Source of the DNA: Pristiophorus japonicus
Taxonomy: Eukaryota
DNA: 64,000 nucleotides
Reading direction: 5' to 3'
Assembly: GCF_044704955.1 (NCBI RefSeq)
Contig: NC_091992.1
Location: 44,206,001 to 44,270,000 of the forward strand
Below the pieces are notes generated by a model. It had not been told where the DNA came from and did no database searches. It saw only the letters and a list, made by a program, of their open reading frames with translations. Positions 38,612 through 51,595 of the stretch are shown here, piece by piece; within the stretch, counting starts at the first letter, position 1, and each line of letters begins with the position of its first letter. The position numbers and the translations under genes are program-made.

Positions 38612-39638
38612 GGGCCCAAGTTTCCACATGATTTGCGCCTGGATTTTTAGGAGCAACTGGTGGAGAACAGACTATCTTAAAAATTGCAATTCTCCACTTT
38701 TTTTTTCTGCAGTTCTAGTCAGGTAGAACAGTTCTACTTTGGAACAGAATTTTTTCTTCAAAAGGGGGCGTGTCCAGCCACTGACGCCTGATTTGAAAGT
38801 TTCCACAGTGAAAACGTACTCCAAACTAAAGTAGAATGGAGCAAGTGAAGATTTTTGTAGAACTGAAAAAACCTGTTCTACACATTAAAAAATCAGGTGC
38901 AGGTTACAAATTAGGCATTCAGAACGAGGTGGGGGGGGGAAGGGAAGTCATTAAATTCTATAATAAATCCTTGTACAAATATTATACCACTAAATCCAAC
39001 ATGAATAAACATTTATAAGCAAAGAAAAGATTAAATAAACCATCTTCCTACCTGTGAAAGTGCTTCAGGCAGGCCTTTCGGGACCGAAGGCTGAATGGGC
39101 CGGCCCGAGACTTCGGGCAGGGCCCATCCCCAGCACCAGATTTACAGGTAGGTGGCGTTGGGGAGGTTCGGGTCGGGGGGCGGGAGCGTGGGTCAGGTCC
39201 AGTCGGGGGGAGCGGGAACAGGAGTGCGGGTCGGGTCCAGTCGGAGAGCGGGGAACAGGAGCGCGGGTCGGGTCCAGTCAGGGGGCGGGGGAGAAAGCAG
39301 GAGCTGGCCGTGGGAGGAGCCTTATTCACGCAGTCCCAGTGAGGCCATTCGGCCAGGGCTAGGGGCTGCGTGCTTCGGGCCCCTCCCACACAGTTCGGCG
39401 CCTGGAGCTACTGCACTTGCGTGCCCACTGTAGCGCGCATGTGCAGAGGTCCCGGCAACTGTTTTCAGCGCAGGAACTTGGCTCCGCCCCCCCACAGCTT
39501 GTGCTGGCTGCGCCGAGGGCCAGAGGCACCTGCAGGGAGGGAGAATACGGAGGATTTTTTTAGGCACACTTTGTGGCGCGAAAAACGGGCGTCCAGGTTG
39601 GGACTGCGCCGTTCTAGGCACGTGTGGAAACTTGGGCC
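38612..39638. mobile_element. Young non-autonomous Harbinger-like element with GC-rich internal tandem repeat
   Basis: 16-bp perfect TIR GGCCCAAGTTTCCACA / TGTGGAAACTTGGGCC; CpGs retained; GGGTCGGGTCCAGTC units at 39170-39290. Confidence 0.8.
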
Positions 39639-40510
39639 TTTCGAATGCAATTGCTTATTTTTCACCTTTCATTAAAAAAATATTCATTGATGTATTTAAA
39701 ACGCTGCCCAATTACTGGTTCATGGAGGGTTTTACAATTGTCATTATGCAAATGAGTTTGAGCATAGACTTGAGAAATAACTTCACCGGAAAACCATTGA
39801 GCGCAATTTGCGCTTGGATTGCGCCCAAAACAAACACTTGGCATGCGTTTAGATAACCCCTCAAACTTCTAAACTCCGAGAATACAAGTCTTAAGAAAAC
39901 AGTCATAGAAGCTCATCCATTTTGTCGTAACCCATTCTAATGTCATAAAAAGTATTCAAAGATACAGAAAATACAGTGCTGGTCTTGGGGAGGAGAAATG
40001 TATATAACATGAGAACTCCATAAAACACCAAAATATGATGGTTCCTGCTCTGCCTAAAATTTTGTGAATTTATAGCCCAGAACTTTTGTAAATGCAGGAA
40101 ACACTCATTCTATAGTCTTTTGCATGGGGAGTCAGAGCTATGACAGTGGCAGAGGGTTTCAGTGGAGGTTTAACTGAATTGTCCCAAGATTGAGGAAACT
40201 GTTTAAAAACTGCCACCACATTTACATGTAAATTTCCACAATCTTTTGTTTTGAAAATCGGCATTACATTATTTTGCCACAAGTTTCAAGGAAATTTCAG
40301 GCCATTAATTAGTGCACGGGTCCTATCTAAATGTGTGCACAATACTGGATGTATCAAACTAATTATCTTTATTGTAATTACTACATTTGAGCATGCATCA
40401 AGCACATCAATTAAATATTGGACTGAATATTCATAATTCATGACTGATGAAGCATCTAGACAATTTTTTTGAACAAAGTGTTTTTGTTTGTTCTACAATA
40501 TTTCATGCAG

Positions 40511-42062
40511 ATAAGAATATAAAAAATAGGAGCAGGCCTTTGGCGCCTGCTCTGCCATTCAATAAGATTAGGTCTTGGGCTCCGCTCCACTTCCCTGCCC
40601 GCTCCCCATAACCCTTCACCCTTATCATTCAAAAATCTGTATCTCCACCTTTAAATATGTTCAATGACCCAACCTCCACAGCTCTCTGGGGCAGAGAATT
40701 CCACAGACTAACAACGCTGTTAGAAATTCCTCCTCAACTCAGTTTTAAATGGGCGACTACTTATTCTGAAATTATTCCCTCCATGAGGGGAAACATCCTC
40801 TCTACCTTGTTGAGCCCCCTATGTTTCAATAAGATCACCCTCATTCTTCTGAACTCCAATGTGTATAGACTCAACCTTTCCTCAAGCCAACCCTTTCATC
40901 TCCAGAATCAACCTAGTGAACCTTCTCTGAACTTCTTCCAATGCAAATATATTCTTCAATAAGACCAAAACTGTACATGGTCCTCTAGGTGTGGCCTCAC
41001 CAATACCCTGTACAGTTGCAGCAGGACTTCTCTGCTTTTATACTCCATCCCCTTTGCAATAAAGGTCAACATTCCATTTGCCTTCCTGATTACCTGCATG
41101 CTAATTTTCTGTACTACAGCATTTTGTAATTTATCTCCATTTAAATTATAATTTGCTCTTGTATGGATAATCTCACGCTTTCCCACATTATATTCCATCT
41201 GCCAAATGTTTGCCCAGTCACTTAGCCTGTCTATATCCCTTTGCATATTTTTTGTGTCCTCCTCAACTTGCTTTCCCACCCATTTTTGTATCATCAGCAA
41301 ATTTAGTTACATTACACTTGGTCCCTTCATCCAAGTAATTAATAGTAAATAGTTGAGGCCCCAGCACCAATCCCTGTGGCACCCCACTAGTTAGTTTGCC
41401 AACCAGAAAATGACCCATTTATCCCGACTCTTGTTTTGTTAGTTAACCAAGCTACTATATTGCCCCCAACCCAGTGAGCTTTTATCGTGTGCAGTAACCT
41501 TTTATGTGGCACCTTATCGAATACCTTCTGGAAATCCAAATACACCATCACTGGTTTTCCCCTTTATCCACCCTGCTCATTACATCCTCACAGAACTCCA
41601 GCAAATTTGTCAAACATGATTTTCCTTTCATAAAACCATGCGGACTCTGCTTGACTATTGTGTTTCCAAATGTCCTGCTACTACTTCCTTTTTTAATAAT
41701 GGACTTTAGCATTTTCCCAACGACTGATGTTAGGCTAACTGGTCTATAGTTTCCTGCTTTCTGTTTGTCTTTTTTTTTTTAATTAATAAATAGGGGCATT
41801 ACATTTGCGGTTTTCCAATCCGCTGGTACCTTCCCAGAATCCAGGGAATTTTGGTAGATTACAACCAATGCATCCATGATCTCTGCAGCCACTTCTCTTG
41901 ACCCTAGAATGCAAGCCAGCATTCCAGGGGACTTGTCCACCTTTAGTCCCATTATTTTACCGAGTACTACTACTTCTTCAGTGATTTAAGTTGCTCCCTC
42001 CCTCTAGCCTCTTGATTATCCATTATTGGGATGTTTTAGTGTCTTCTACTGTGAAGACTGAT
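40511..42062 (-). mobile_element. 5'-truncated decayed CR1 ending about 90 bp upstream of exon 2
   Basis: Antisense RT and C-terminal motifs (QMEYNVGK, ANGML, VRPHLE); tail ATAAGAATATAAAAAATAGGAGCAGG at 40511. Confidence 0.9.
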
Positions 42063-42150
42063 CCATGAACTATTTATGAACAAATATTTTGTATCAGACT
42101 TTGAAGAATTGGGAATCATTTACAATTGATTTTATCTTTTGGTTTGACAG

Positions 42151-42207
42151 GAGTTCAAGGAACACTAGGACGCCTCTTTCTTCCAAGTTCCTATTTCCGC
42201 AGCACTG
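42151..42207 (+). CDS. ELN: Probable second coding exon, 57 bp, phase 1-1, (G)VQGTLGRLFLPSSYFRST(G/x)
   Basis: Seen: acceptor TTTTATCTTTTGGTTTGACAG|G, donor CTG|GTAAGT, open and in frame with exon 1, in a small non-repeat island between CR1 copies. Short symmetric phase-1 exons are the known elastin architecture. The link to exon 1 is inferred. Confidence 0.6.
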
Positions 42208-42559
42208 GTAAGTGGTGCTTTTAGAACACTATCAATTGGAAATATTAATTTAAATGTGATTGTTTTCTTTTTTTATATATTTTTTAAAAAAAGCTTTTCA
42301 AAATGGCTGAAGATGTCTGGTGTATTCTCAGGAATCAAGTAGTGGTTCAAGCTGTCCACACCGGGCAAATAGTGAAGTTTATGCTTGGAATGTAAAATGA
42401 ATTTAATCAAATACTGCTATGTTTGTTTTCACCTCCAATAGGGTAAACGCTTAAGCCAAAACTATGTGAATGAGACCTGATGTGTCTGAGATAGCATCAT
42501 TGGTACACTAATGATTTCTGTGAATCGAACTAAGGTTTTAACATTCCATGATTTGTTTT

Positions 42560-43520
42560 ATAATTATATTAGAAAAAGGAGGGTGGTTAAGAGTTCTAAA
42601 AACTGACAATGGTGATATAAATGGAAAATAAGAAAATGGCAGACATGCAAAGTAATTACTTTGCATCAGTATTTACAGTATAGAATATCCCAAGGAAACT
42701 AATCTGGAATCAGGGACATAGACTCACCCAAATTGAACAGTAATGAAGAAAATAATGGCACTAAAGTGATAAATCCCCAGGACCAGATATTTATCCTAGG
42801 TTATTAGAGGAAGTAGGTGAGAACATTGCCAATGCCTTAAATATGGAAAGATGTATATGCCATTCTTCCTTTTAAATAAAATGAACAGGGAATTATAAAT
42901 CAGACAGCCTAACATCTGTTGGGGAAAATACTACTGGGGGGGGCGAAATTGCCCTCAGTGACATATTGGGGAGGCCACTTTGAATTAGCCGTAAATTAGT
43001 GCCCGCTGGAAATTTGGCACTTGGCTGAAATCAGCTCATTGCCGGTGACGTTGGCATGTCACTGATGGCTTTGCTGATACTAACAGCGCCACGTCTCAAT
43101 GTCCCTCCCCTTCTCAAAGGGGTCAGTGCGGGGCAATAAGGGGATGGCGCCCAGGGCACCAACGACTGGGCGTGACGCAAAGATGTTTGCCCTGGGGGCA
43201 ATTCCGGCTAAGGGGTCTCCTATTTAGAAATTTCTTGAGGGTTGTAAATCTGGAATTATCTGCCCCAGAGAGCTATGGAGGCTAGGCCATTGAATATATT
43301 TTTAAGGTGGAGATGGACAGATTTTTGAATGATAAGGGTTATGGGGAGCAGGCAGGGAAGTGGTGCTGAGCCCAAGATCAGATCAGCCGTGATATATGGC
43401 GGAGCAGGCTCAAGGGGCCAAACGGCCTACTCCTATTTTTTTGTGTTCTTATAAGCCATGATCTCATGAATGGCGGAACAGATTCGCAGAGCTAAATGGC
43501 CTATTCCTGTTCCTATGTTC
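42560..43520 (+). mobile_element. Mosaic of CR1 fragments (two 3' tails) with a short TIR element at about 42940-43208
   Basis: KSPGPD remnant; GGCGAAATTGCCC / GGGCAATTCCGGC inverted ends; tails GGCCTACTCCTATT and GGCCTATTCCTGTTCCTATGTT. Confidence 0.65.
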
Positions 43521-43889
43521 CAATCTCAAACACTACAACAAGCAACCGGGGGGGGAGGAATATTGGACTAGCAAACATTGATTTTTCATTTTCTTAACAC
43601 CTTTTTTATTAGGTTTTAAAATACAGGAAATGTAGGGGAAAAAGGTCAAGAATCATCAGCCAACACTCTTACCTGATTCTATCAATTGGTGTGGAAAGGC
43701 AGTGCACTGTAAAAATGTATATTTTGGACAACCAATAGTAAAAGTGATGGGTAGGGTGTTTGGAGGCTGAATGTCAAGTGATGAAACCTCCTGGAATATG
43801 TCTAACCAAAGTTAGCAACCCTAGAAAGAACCCATTGAACAGAATTGATTCGCAAAGTTGAAAAGGGTTAAGAATTGAAGAGCTGTTGG

Positions 43890-44435
43890 AACATCATAAA
43901 AATTTACGGCACAGAAGGAGGCCATTCGGCTCATCGTGTCTATTGCTTGAAAGAGCTATCCAATCTCATGCCACTTTCCAGCTCTTTGTCCCAAGGCTGC
44001 AGACCAAGTGCTTATCCAAGTACTTTTTAAATGCGGTGAGTGTTTCTGCCAATACCACCCTTTTTTAGTCGGTGCATTCCAGACTGCTACCACCCTGTGG
44101 GTGAAAACAATTCTCCTTAATTCCCTCTAATCCTTCTACCAATTACTTTAAATCTATGTCCCCTGGTTATTGACTCCCCTGCTGAGAAATAGATCCTTCC
44201 TATCCACTCTATCTAGACCCCTCATCATTTTATGCACCTCAATTAAGTCTCCCCTCTGTTCCAAAGAAAACAATCTCAGCCTATCCAATCTTTCCTCATA
44301 GCTAAAATTCTCCAGTCCTGGCAACATTCTCTCAAATCTCCTCTGTACCCTCCCTAGTGCAATCATATATCTTTCCTGTAATGTGACCAGAAATAATACA
44401 CTGTACTCTGGCCTAACTAGTGTTTTATACAGCTG
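43890..44435 (-). mobile_element. CR1 3' fragment
   Basis: [40 protein letters not shown]. Confidence 0.88.
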
Positions 44436-45659
44436 TTGTTGAGGTTTCTCAAGTTGTAAGGTTGGGGTGAAGCAAGTCAATCTTTGGCCTACAGCACAAC
44501 CTAATGCACAATAGAAATACTTTTCCCAATCTCTTTTCTGAGTACTTAAATTCTATTGCTGTCACTCTTACTGAATAAAATGATGTTCCTCTGCACCAAG
44601 TAGTTTGTTATACAGATATCCAATGATTATTTATCTAAGCCTTGGTCAACTTTTCTGGTAAAGCAGTCAGAGTTGCATGTTTTGTGAAGTGAGTCTGGTA
44701 CAACACTTGATCTGCTGAACTGACTCTTAACCTGTTGCTATGTTATGTAGCTGTGCTTAGCACTTTTGAGTAACTTTTTGGATTCATGCTCTGAAGTCAT
44801 ACATAAAGGAGCATTGGTGCTATGTGTTGAAGTTTATCTCTGACCCATGCTTCCTTAAATTTACCTGGTTCTCTGAACATGAAAAGATGTCTTGCAAAAA
44901 TAAAAACTTTCTTATTGTGTATCTTAGTGTCATTGAAATACCTGAGGCACTAGAGCTGATTTTATCTTTCCTGTCCAGTGAGTTCAGGCAGGTTGTTTAA
45001 AATGGTAATCTCTGCTTCCATTTGCAATCCTCACGCATGCCTGCCCGCCAGCACTTTGATTCTAGAGGTGCCATTCATCTGCAGTCAATGCCATTCACTA
45101 GGCAGCAACATTTGCAAATAGAAAAGGCTACCATTCCATTAGTGCCCTATCACAGAATTATGCAAGTTTCCAAAAAGTAACCAGGCAGCTATATCAATGC
45201 ATTATCTTGCACCACGCCCCTGAATATTTGATCCTCCCAGGAACATGGCAGGATGGCTACTGGAGATGGAATATTGCCTTCAGATGTGGCTCCTGATCTC
45301 GCTCCACAACCCCATAATTCCTAAAACATGCATAGCTGAAGTCTGTGCACCACCAGGATCATTATTGAGCACGCTGAAGCCGATATTCACGTGTCTGGAC
45401 AGATCTCTGGACTCCTTTCAATGTGTTCCACATAATGCACAAAATCGCCATGCAGAGGCATGCATTTGGAAGAGGCGCAGCAGCAGTCCTCATCAGGTGT
45501 GGAAGCAGCAGAAGGTGGGACACCTCCACCTTTCAGTGAGATGTGGGGTATCCGCTAATTATTCAGCAATTCTGCTGACCACCTCCTTTTAAAACTTGCA
45601 GAGCCTCTCTGCTTAACTATCCTGGTTGCATCCTACCCCAGTTCCTTCATCCTGCTTAG

Positions 45660-48600
45660 TGAACATTCAAACTAAGTTCTTGAGTGGGAGAAGTCAGAGT
45701 TCAAAATGCAGTGGGAGAATCAAAAAGCAGCTAGCCTGGAGCAGCGCCAACAGCCCTAAGGGGGAAAAATAAAATCAAAGTGTGACATCGCAGGAAACAA
45801 GGCAAGTGGTTGGTGAGTATTTCTCTTTTCTAAACTTGGGCATCAGTTTAAAGAGTGGTGATTACAGATTAAACTATGCACAGAATTGAAATGTCAAAAC
45901 TTGAAAACCTAATTAGTTGAATAAAATACGGATGGCATGGCAGGCGATGTGTTCCAGCTGCAGCATGTGGGAGCTGGTGGACACCAATATGATCCACAGC
46001 GACCACATCTGTCGTAAGTGTCGGCTGCTCGAGGAACTTTGGCTCAGAGTTGATGAGCTGGAGTCAGAGCTTCAGACACTGCGCTCCCATCCTGGAGGGG
46101 AAGAGTTACCTGGACAGGCAGGCAGTCACATCCCTTGGGTTAACTAATTCAAATTTGGTCTGTGGTCTGAAACAGGAGGGTGTGACTACAAGTGAGGCAG
46201 GAATGGGGATCCAGAAGGTAGCATTGGAGGAGTCTTAGTCGTTGCAATTGTCCAACAGGTATGAGGTTCAGTTCCCTGTGGACGAGTGCAGGGAGGATGA
46301 GCAAACTGACCACAGCACTGTGGTACTGGGAGCCATTCAAGTTGGAGTAAAAAGAAATGTAGTAATGGTAAAGGACAGTTCTCTGCAGCCGAGAGCGTGA
46401 GTCCCAAAGGCTGTCGCCTGCCCAATGCCAGGGTTAAGGACATTTCCTCCGGGCTGGAGTAATTTGGACTGGGAGGGGAAAGATCAAGTTGTCATGGTCC
46501 ATATAGGTAGGACAAAGGTTCTGCTGAGGGAGTATGAGCAGCTAGGGGCTAAATTTAAGAAGCCGAACCAAAAAGGTGGTAATCTCCTGATTATTACCTG
46601 AGCCACGATAAATTTGCATCGGGTAAATAAGATCCGAGATGATCGCGTGGCTCAAAGGTTGGTGTGGGAGAATTGGGTTTTGATTCATGGGGTATTGGCA
46701 CCAGTACAGGGGTAAGAGGGAGCTGTTCCATTGGGAACACTTGAATCATGCTGGGGCTAGTGTCCTGGCGAATTGAGTAACTAGGGCTGTAGATGTGTAT
46801 TTATACTAGTGTGTGGGGGAGGGACAGGGGGTTGGGTTCAGGTGAATGGAGATTTTAAAAAGTCAAAGGAGAAGGCAATAGTGTAGGGTAGTAATACATG
46901 TAATAACCAGAGTGTGATTGGAAGGGACAGAGCATATAACCATAGAGTGGATCAAAAAGTGGGGTCAGAGTAGGGAAAAATGGCAAGACAAAATTAAAAG
47001 CTCTATCTGCATGCAGCATTCATAAGATAGATGAGTTGACGGCCCAAATAGATACAAATGGGCATGATCTGATGGCCATTAGAGACGTGGTTGGGAATTG
47101 AATATTAGGGGTATTTGACATTTTGGAAGGATGGGCAGAAAGGAAAAGGTGGGGTAGCTCTGTTAATAAAGGATGAGATCAGTGCAGTAGTGAAAAATAT
47201 GATATTGGCTCAAGATCAAGATGTAGAATCAGTTTGGGTGGAGATGAGAAATAAGGGAAAAGTTACTGGTGGGAGAAATCTATAGGCCCCCTAACAGTAG
47301 CTACACTGTTGGACTGAGTATAAATCAAAAAAATAATGGAGGCTTGTAAGAAAGGTGCTGCAATAATCATGGCCAATTTTAATCATATTGGCCAAATCAA
47401 ATTGGGAAAGGTAGCCTTCAGGAAGAGTTCATAGTGTATTGGACTGTTTTCTTAAAAGCAGTATGTTGTGGAACCAACCAGGGAGCAGGCTATTTTAGAT
47501 GGGGTAATGTGGAATAAGACAGCATTAATTAATCTCTTAGTAAAAGATCCTCTAGGGAAGAGTGATCGTAGCATGTTAGAATTTCAAATTCAGCTTGCGG
47601 GTGAGAAAGCTAGGTCTCAAACTAGTGTCCTGAAACTTAAATAAAGGCAATCACAAAGGTATGTAGGCAGAATTGGCTAAAGTGGACTGGGAAAATAGAT
47701 TAAAGGGTAAGACAGTAAATCAGCAGTGGCAGAGGAGATATTTCATAACTCAGCAGATATATTCCAGTGAGATAGAAAGACCTAGAAGGATGAACCCTCT
47801 ATGGCTGGCTAAGGAAGTAAAGGTTGGTATCAAATTGAAAATAAAAGCATACAATGTTGCAAAGATTGGTGGAAGGCCAGAGGATTGGGAATTTTTTAGA
47901 AACCAGCAAAGGACTCAAAAAATTATAAAGGGAGAGAAGATAGCTTGAGAGTAATCTAGCAAGAAATATAAAAACCGACAGTGCTTCTACAGGTATGTAA
48001 AAAAGAGTAGCTAAAGTAAACCTCAGTCCCTTTTTTTAGAGATGAGTCTAGGGAATTAATAATAGGAAATGGCAGACTTTGAACAAATATTTTGTATCGG
48101 TCATCATGGCAGACACAAAGCAACCCAATAATAGATAAGGGGCTATTGGGAGTGGGGTGGGGGGGGGGGGAAGACTTAAAACTATCACTAGTCCCTTAGC
48201 CTACATCCTAGGGTCTAAAGAACTGGCTGCAGATAGTGGATGCATTGATTTGTAATCTACCAAAATTCCCTGGATTCTGGAGAGGTCCCAGCAGATTTGA
48301 AAACCGCAAATGTAACACCCCTATTTAAGAAAGGAGGGAGACAGAAAGCAGGAAACTATAGACCAGTTGGCCTAACATCTGTCATTGGGAAAATGCTGGA
48401 GTCCATCATTTAAGGAAGTAGTATTGAAACATTTGTGAACTCATGTGGAAGCAAGGCATCCTCGTTCGAGGGACCGCCGATGATTAGGACATTTTGAAAA
48501 GCATGGTTTTATGAAGGGGAAATCATGTTTGAAAAGTTTGCTAGAGTTCTTTTGAGGATGCAACGAGCATGGTGGATACAGATGTAGTGTATTTGGATTT

Positions 48601-48805
48601 CCAGAAGGTATTTAATAAGGTGCTGCATAAGAGGTTACTGCACAAGAGAAGAGCTCATGGTATTATGTTAGCATGGAAAGACGATTGGCTAACTGAAAAC
48701 AATTGGGTCATTTTCAGGTTGGCAAACTAACTAGTGGGGTGCCACAGGGATCCATTCTGGGGCCTCAACTATTTACAATCTATATAAATTTGGATGAAGG
48801 GACTT
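45660..48805 (+). mobile_element. CR1 with 5'UTR, ORF1 and ORF2 up to RT; 3' part missing; decayed
   Basis: CSSCSMWE..HICRKCRLLEEL.LRVDELESEL; esterase remnant; endonuclease (GGVA, YRPP, SD); stops after GVPQGS.LGP. Confidence 0.9.
48435..48485 (+). mobile_element. About 50-bp 3' tip of the same RTE-like retroposon
   Basis: TGAACTCAT..TGGAAGCAAG.CATCCTC..TCGAGGGAC.GCC.ATGAT is the reverse complement of 59978-60040; ACATTT on both sides. Confidence 0.65.
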
Positions 48806-50629
48806 CCTAGCAGGCATTGGTTGAGGGTGTGGTGAAGGAACAGACATGCTGACATCCTAGGAGAGGGAATCACATTATGCTCCCATTGCATCACTGCTGC
48901 TCCTTTTTTAAGGCTGGGGCTCATCACTTCCACTGATCTGCAGGAGAGCAGACTGCAGATGAGTGCTTTCCTGACAGCCCCTGTTTATTTGGTTCACAAA
49001 CTCTCAATGGTAGAGCCTGGATGGCAATGATTTGAAGTGCCAGTAAAGGTACAAAGGCTAGCAATACTAAATTCCTTTGTGAGGGCCTGCCTTCAGTGTC
49101 CCTGGAAGCAACCATACTCCAGATTAGACTGCAGTGTTGATGCCATGAGAAGTGACACCACACCAGTTGAAAGCAGACTCTTCCATACACTCAGCCATAG
49201 TGATAACTCATGGCAGGCCTTCAAATACAAATGATACAAGTAGTTTACTTTTCATGACTGGGCTCAAAGTCTGCATCTGTCCTTCTGAGCAGAGTGCTCA
49301 ATGGCAAGCTTTCTCCTGTGCTATCCTTTCCAGTACTTTCAGCTATTCACTAGTAGAGCTGTTTCAACTCGTGCAGACCCCTCTGCCTCACATGTGGAGC
49401 GCCAGTGTTTGAGCCGATACCTGGGAGGAAGAGTGGCTGACTGTCCTCCTACAAGGTATTTTCCATGATGGCCTCCTACTGCCAAGAAAAGGAACAATTG
49501 TCAGGATGGTAGATAGAAACTGGATATTTGCAAGTGACAGTCTCATGAAGCTTGCTTCATATTTGCTGAAGTGAATGTAGGGTTACAGTAATGTGCAGAG
49601 ACCCTGTTGAGGTAAGCCACCAGTCTTCTTCCAGATTAATGGGGTGCTGATTGCTGGGGCTTCTTGCTCTGATTTGGTGTCTCCTCCTTTACATTGTGTA
49701 ATGTCTTTTCCCTCAGTGGAAGTTAGTGAGTAGCTGTTGAAAAAGTAAGAGGGGATATGTAAGGCTTGTACATATCGTGCATGTGGAAGTGGCGAAGCAA
49801 AATGGAAAGAGGCTGGGAAGGTGATGAATGTAAAGCTGTGTCATGTGAAGTGGAGAAGTTGCTGGTTGTGCAAGTGCTTGGATGTGAGAATATGGTTAAA
49901 ATGTGCTGAGGAAAGGAAGCAGTGAATTTGGAATGAGTTGTGGTTAAATGTGTCCTTTAATTATATACCAAAATATGTGGTTCAAGGGAGGGAATTGTGT
50001 GGTGGTGGAGGAAAGTGAGAGGAATATTGTCCAATGCTTTTGACAGATGTGTAATCATCATTGCTGCTCTTGAGGTTATGAAACCTCTTTTTACATTAAA
50101 TCTCGATCCTGGGAATATGCTGGTGGCACTGACCTTTTCAGCCACTTCTGTCCAGGCCTGCTTAACAGCGACCTTACGGATGCTCCTGCGGCTTCTGGTT
50201 TTCTTTTTATTAAAAAAAAAATTACCTCGCTCCTTGCCTTGATTCCCTCCTCCAGGGAGGAACTGGAACAGCAGAGGCCAGCCTTGAACTATGCTGTAAA
50301 AATTTGTTCCACAGTTGGTCAAAGAAAAATTATCCTGAGGAAATGGCTTCTTACACTCCTGCTGCAATCTTTATTTTCTGGTAGCTTTGTTGCCAACTGA
50401 TTTTTATGTATTCTGGATTCTTTGCTTTATACATGACTGCTGAGTTGAGACTATGGAGTCATTCCCAGATCAGAGACATTTCTGTAAATCATTGACACTG
50501 TTTTGGAGCCTGAGCTAATCCAGCCAATATCTGAAGAGCAGAACTGCTGAAAACTATGACACTTGTGGATTGTAAATTTTACTCCTTGCCTAAGCAGAGT
50601 TGCAAACATTAAAATTTAGAGATAATAAA

Positions 50630-50835
50630 CAATGCTGGAAATCTGGAAAAAAAAAATAGAAAATACTGAAACAAATCATGTCATTCAGCATCTGAAAGAG
50701 AAAATACAGGTTAATGTTTAGATGGAGACCCTTCAACAGAAGAGTTGGAGTGAAGGGTCTCTACATTAATCATTAAACTATTTTTTCTCATCCTAATCGT
50801 TTCAGCATTTTGATAATTAATCAGCATTTTCTGTT
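50630..50835. repeat. Penelope-type repeat remnant in inverted arrangement
   Basis: AATGCTGGAAATC..CAGCATCTG..AGAGAAA..GTTAATGTTT..GACCCTTCA followed by inverted TGAAGGGTCTC..CATTAA..CAGCATTT; related fragments at 9440-9520, 11760-11830, 12100-12246. Confidence 0.5.
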
Positions 50836-50984
50836 AAATCTAAGTCCCATTTTTAATGGCAAAATGAATGATTGTTACTCCTTACATGTGAATTTGTCAG
50901 GTCTGAGATTCGAATTGTCCATCTGCTATAACTGAACAGGATTTCGGAGCTTGAGGGATTAGTCACTGCAGGGCATAAGGGAGG

Positions 50985-51420
50985 CTGAAAATTTCCAGGA
51001 GGTGGTCACTCCACAGCAACAGACTGGAGCACATCCAAATCACGGTGGGGCAAATGACTGCACAGGGGGCACAGCAAAGTGTAGAAAATGCAGTGAGAAA
51101 GTATAAAAGCAGGACCTCAATGGTAGTAATCTCTGGATTACTCGCAGTGCCATGCGTTAGTGAGTATAGAAATAGTGGGGAAACAGGTTAATACGTGGCT
51201 GGTGAAATGGTGCATGAGAGAGAGCTACAGATTCCTGGAGCATTGGGATCAGTTATGGGGCAGGAGGGACCTGTTCAAGGTAGACTGTTTGCACCACAAC
51301 ATGGCTGGGACCAAAGTCCTGGCACAAAGGTTAACTAGTACTTTGGGGAAAGTTTAAATTTGGCTGGGGAATGGGCCATCAGGATGAAACATTAGTGAGG
51401 AGAAACAAGGTAGACAGAAG
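50985..51420 (+). mobile_element. CR1 ORF1 (esterase C-terminal) fragment
   Basis: SRTS.VVISGLL.VP; VNTWL..WC.RE..RFLEHWDQLWGRRDLFK.D.LH. Confidence 0.8.
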
Positions 51421-51595
51421 ACTAGTTGAGCAATAGGAGGGATCAGATGGTAAAAATGCAACGTAGTCTAGGATGTGAGGAGAATACTGTTAGTGAAGAT
51501 AGTGGATAATGAAAAGCCATTTTTGATGCAAATATAATGTGCTGTACATAAGCAGATGTGAGGGTTTGACAAAATGACCAGCACTTACTGTACTT

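Larger units (their letters stand above)
44950..50400. mobile_element. Third, older Harbinger remnant (transposase C-terminus + at 45330-45430; Myb-like - at 48810-50370) split by a CR1
   Basis: LKPIFTCLDRSLDSFQ matches FQCLDRSGGSLQ of the 30.5 kb transposase; KQAWTEVAEKVSA is Myb/SANT-like; termini unclear. Confidence 0.55.

Noticed and set aside
39048-39675. Overlapping Gly/Pro/Arg-rich ORFs as elastin-like exons
   Set aside because: They lie inside a TIR-bounded element and reflect GC-rich tandem repeats.
40444-40470. Second CTGATGA hammerhead candidate
   Set aside because: No stem II or GAAA box follows.
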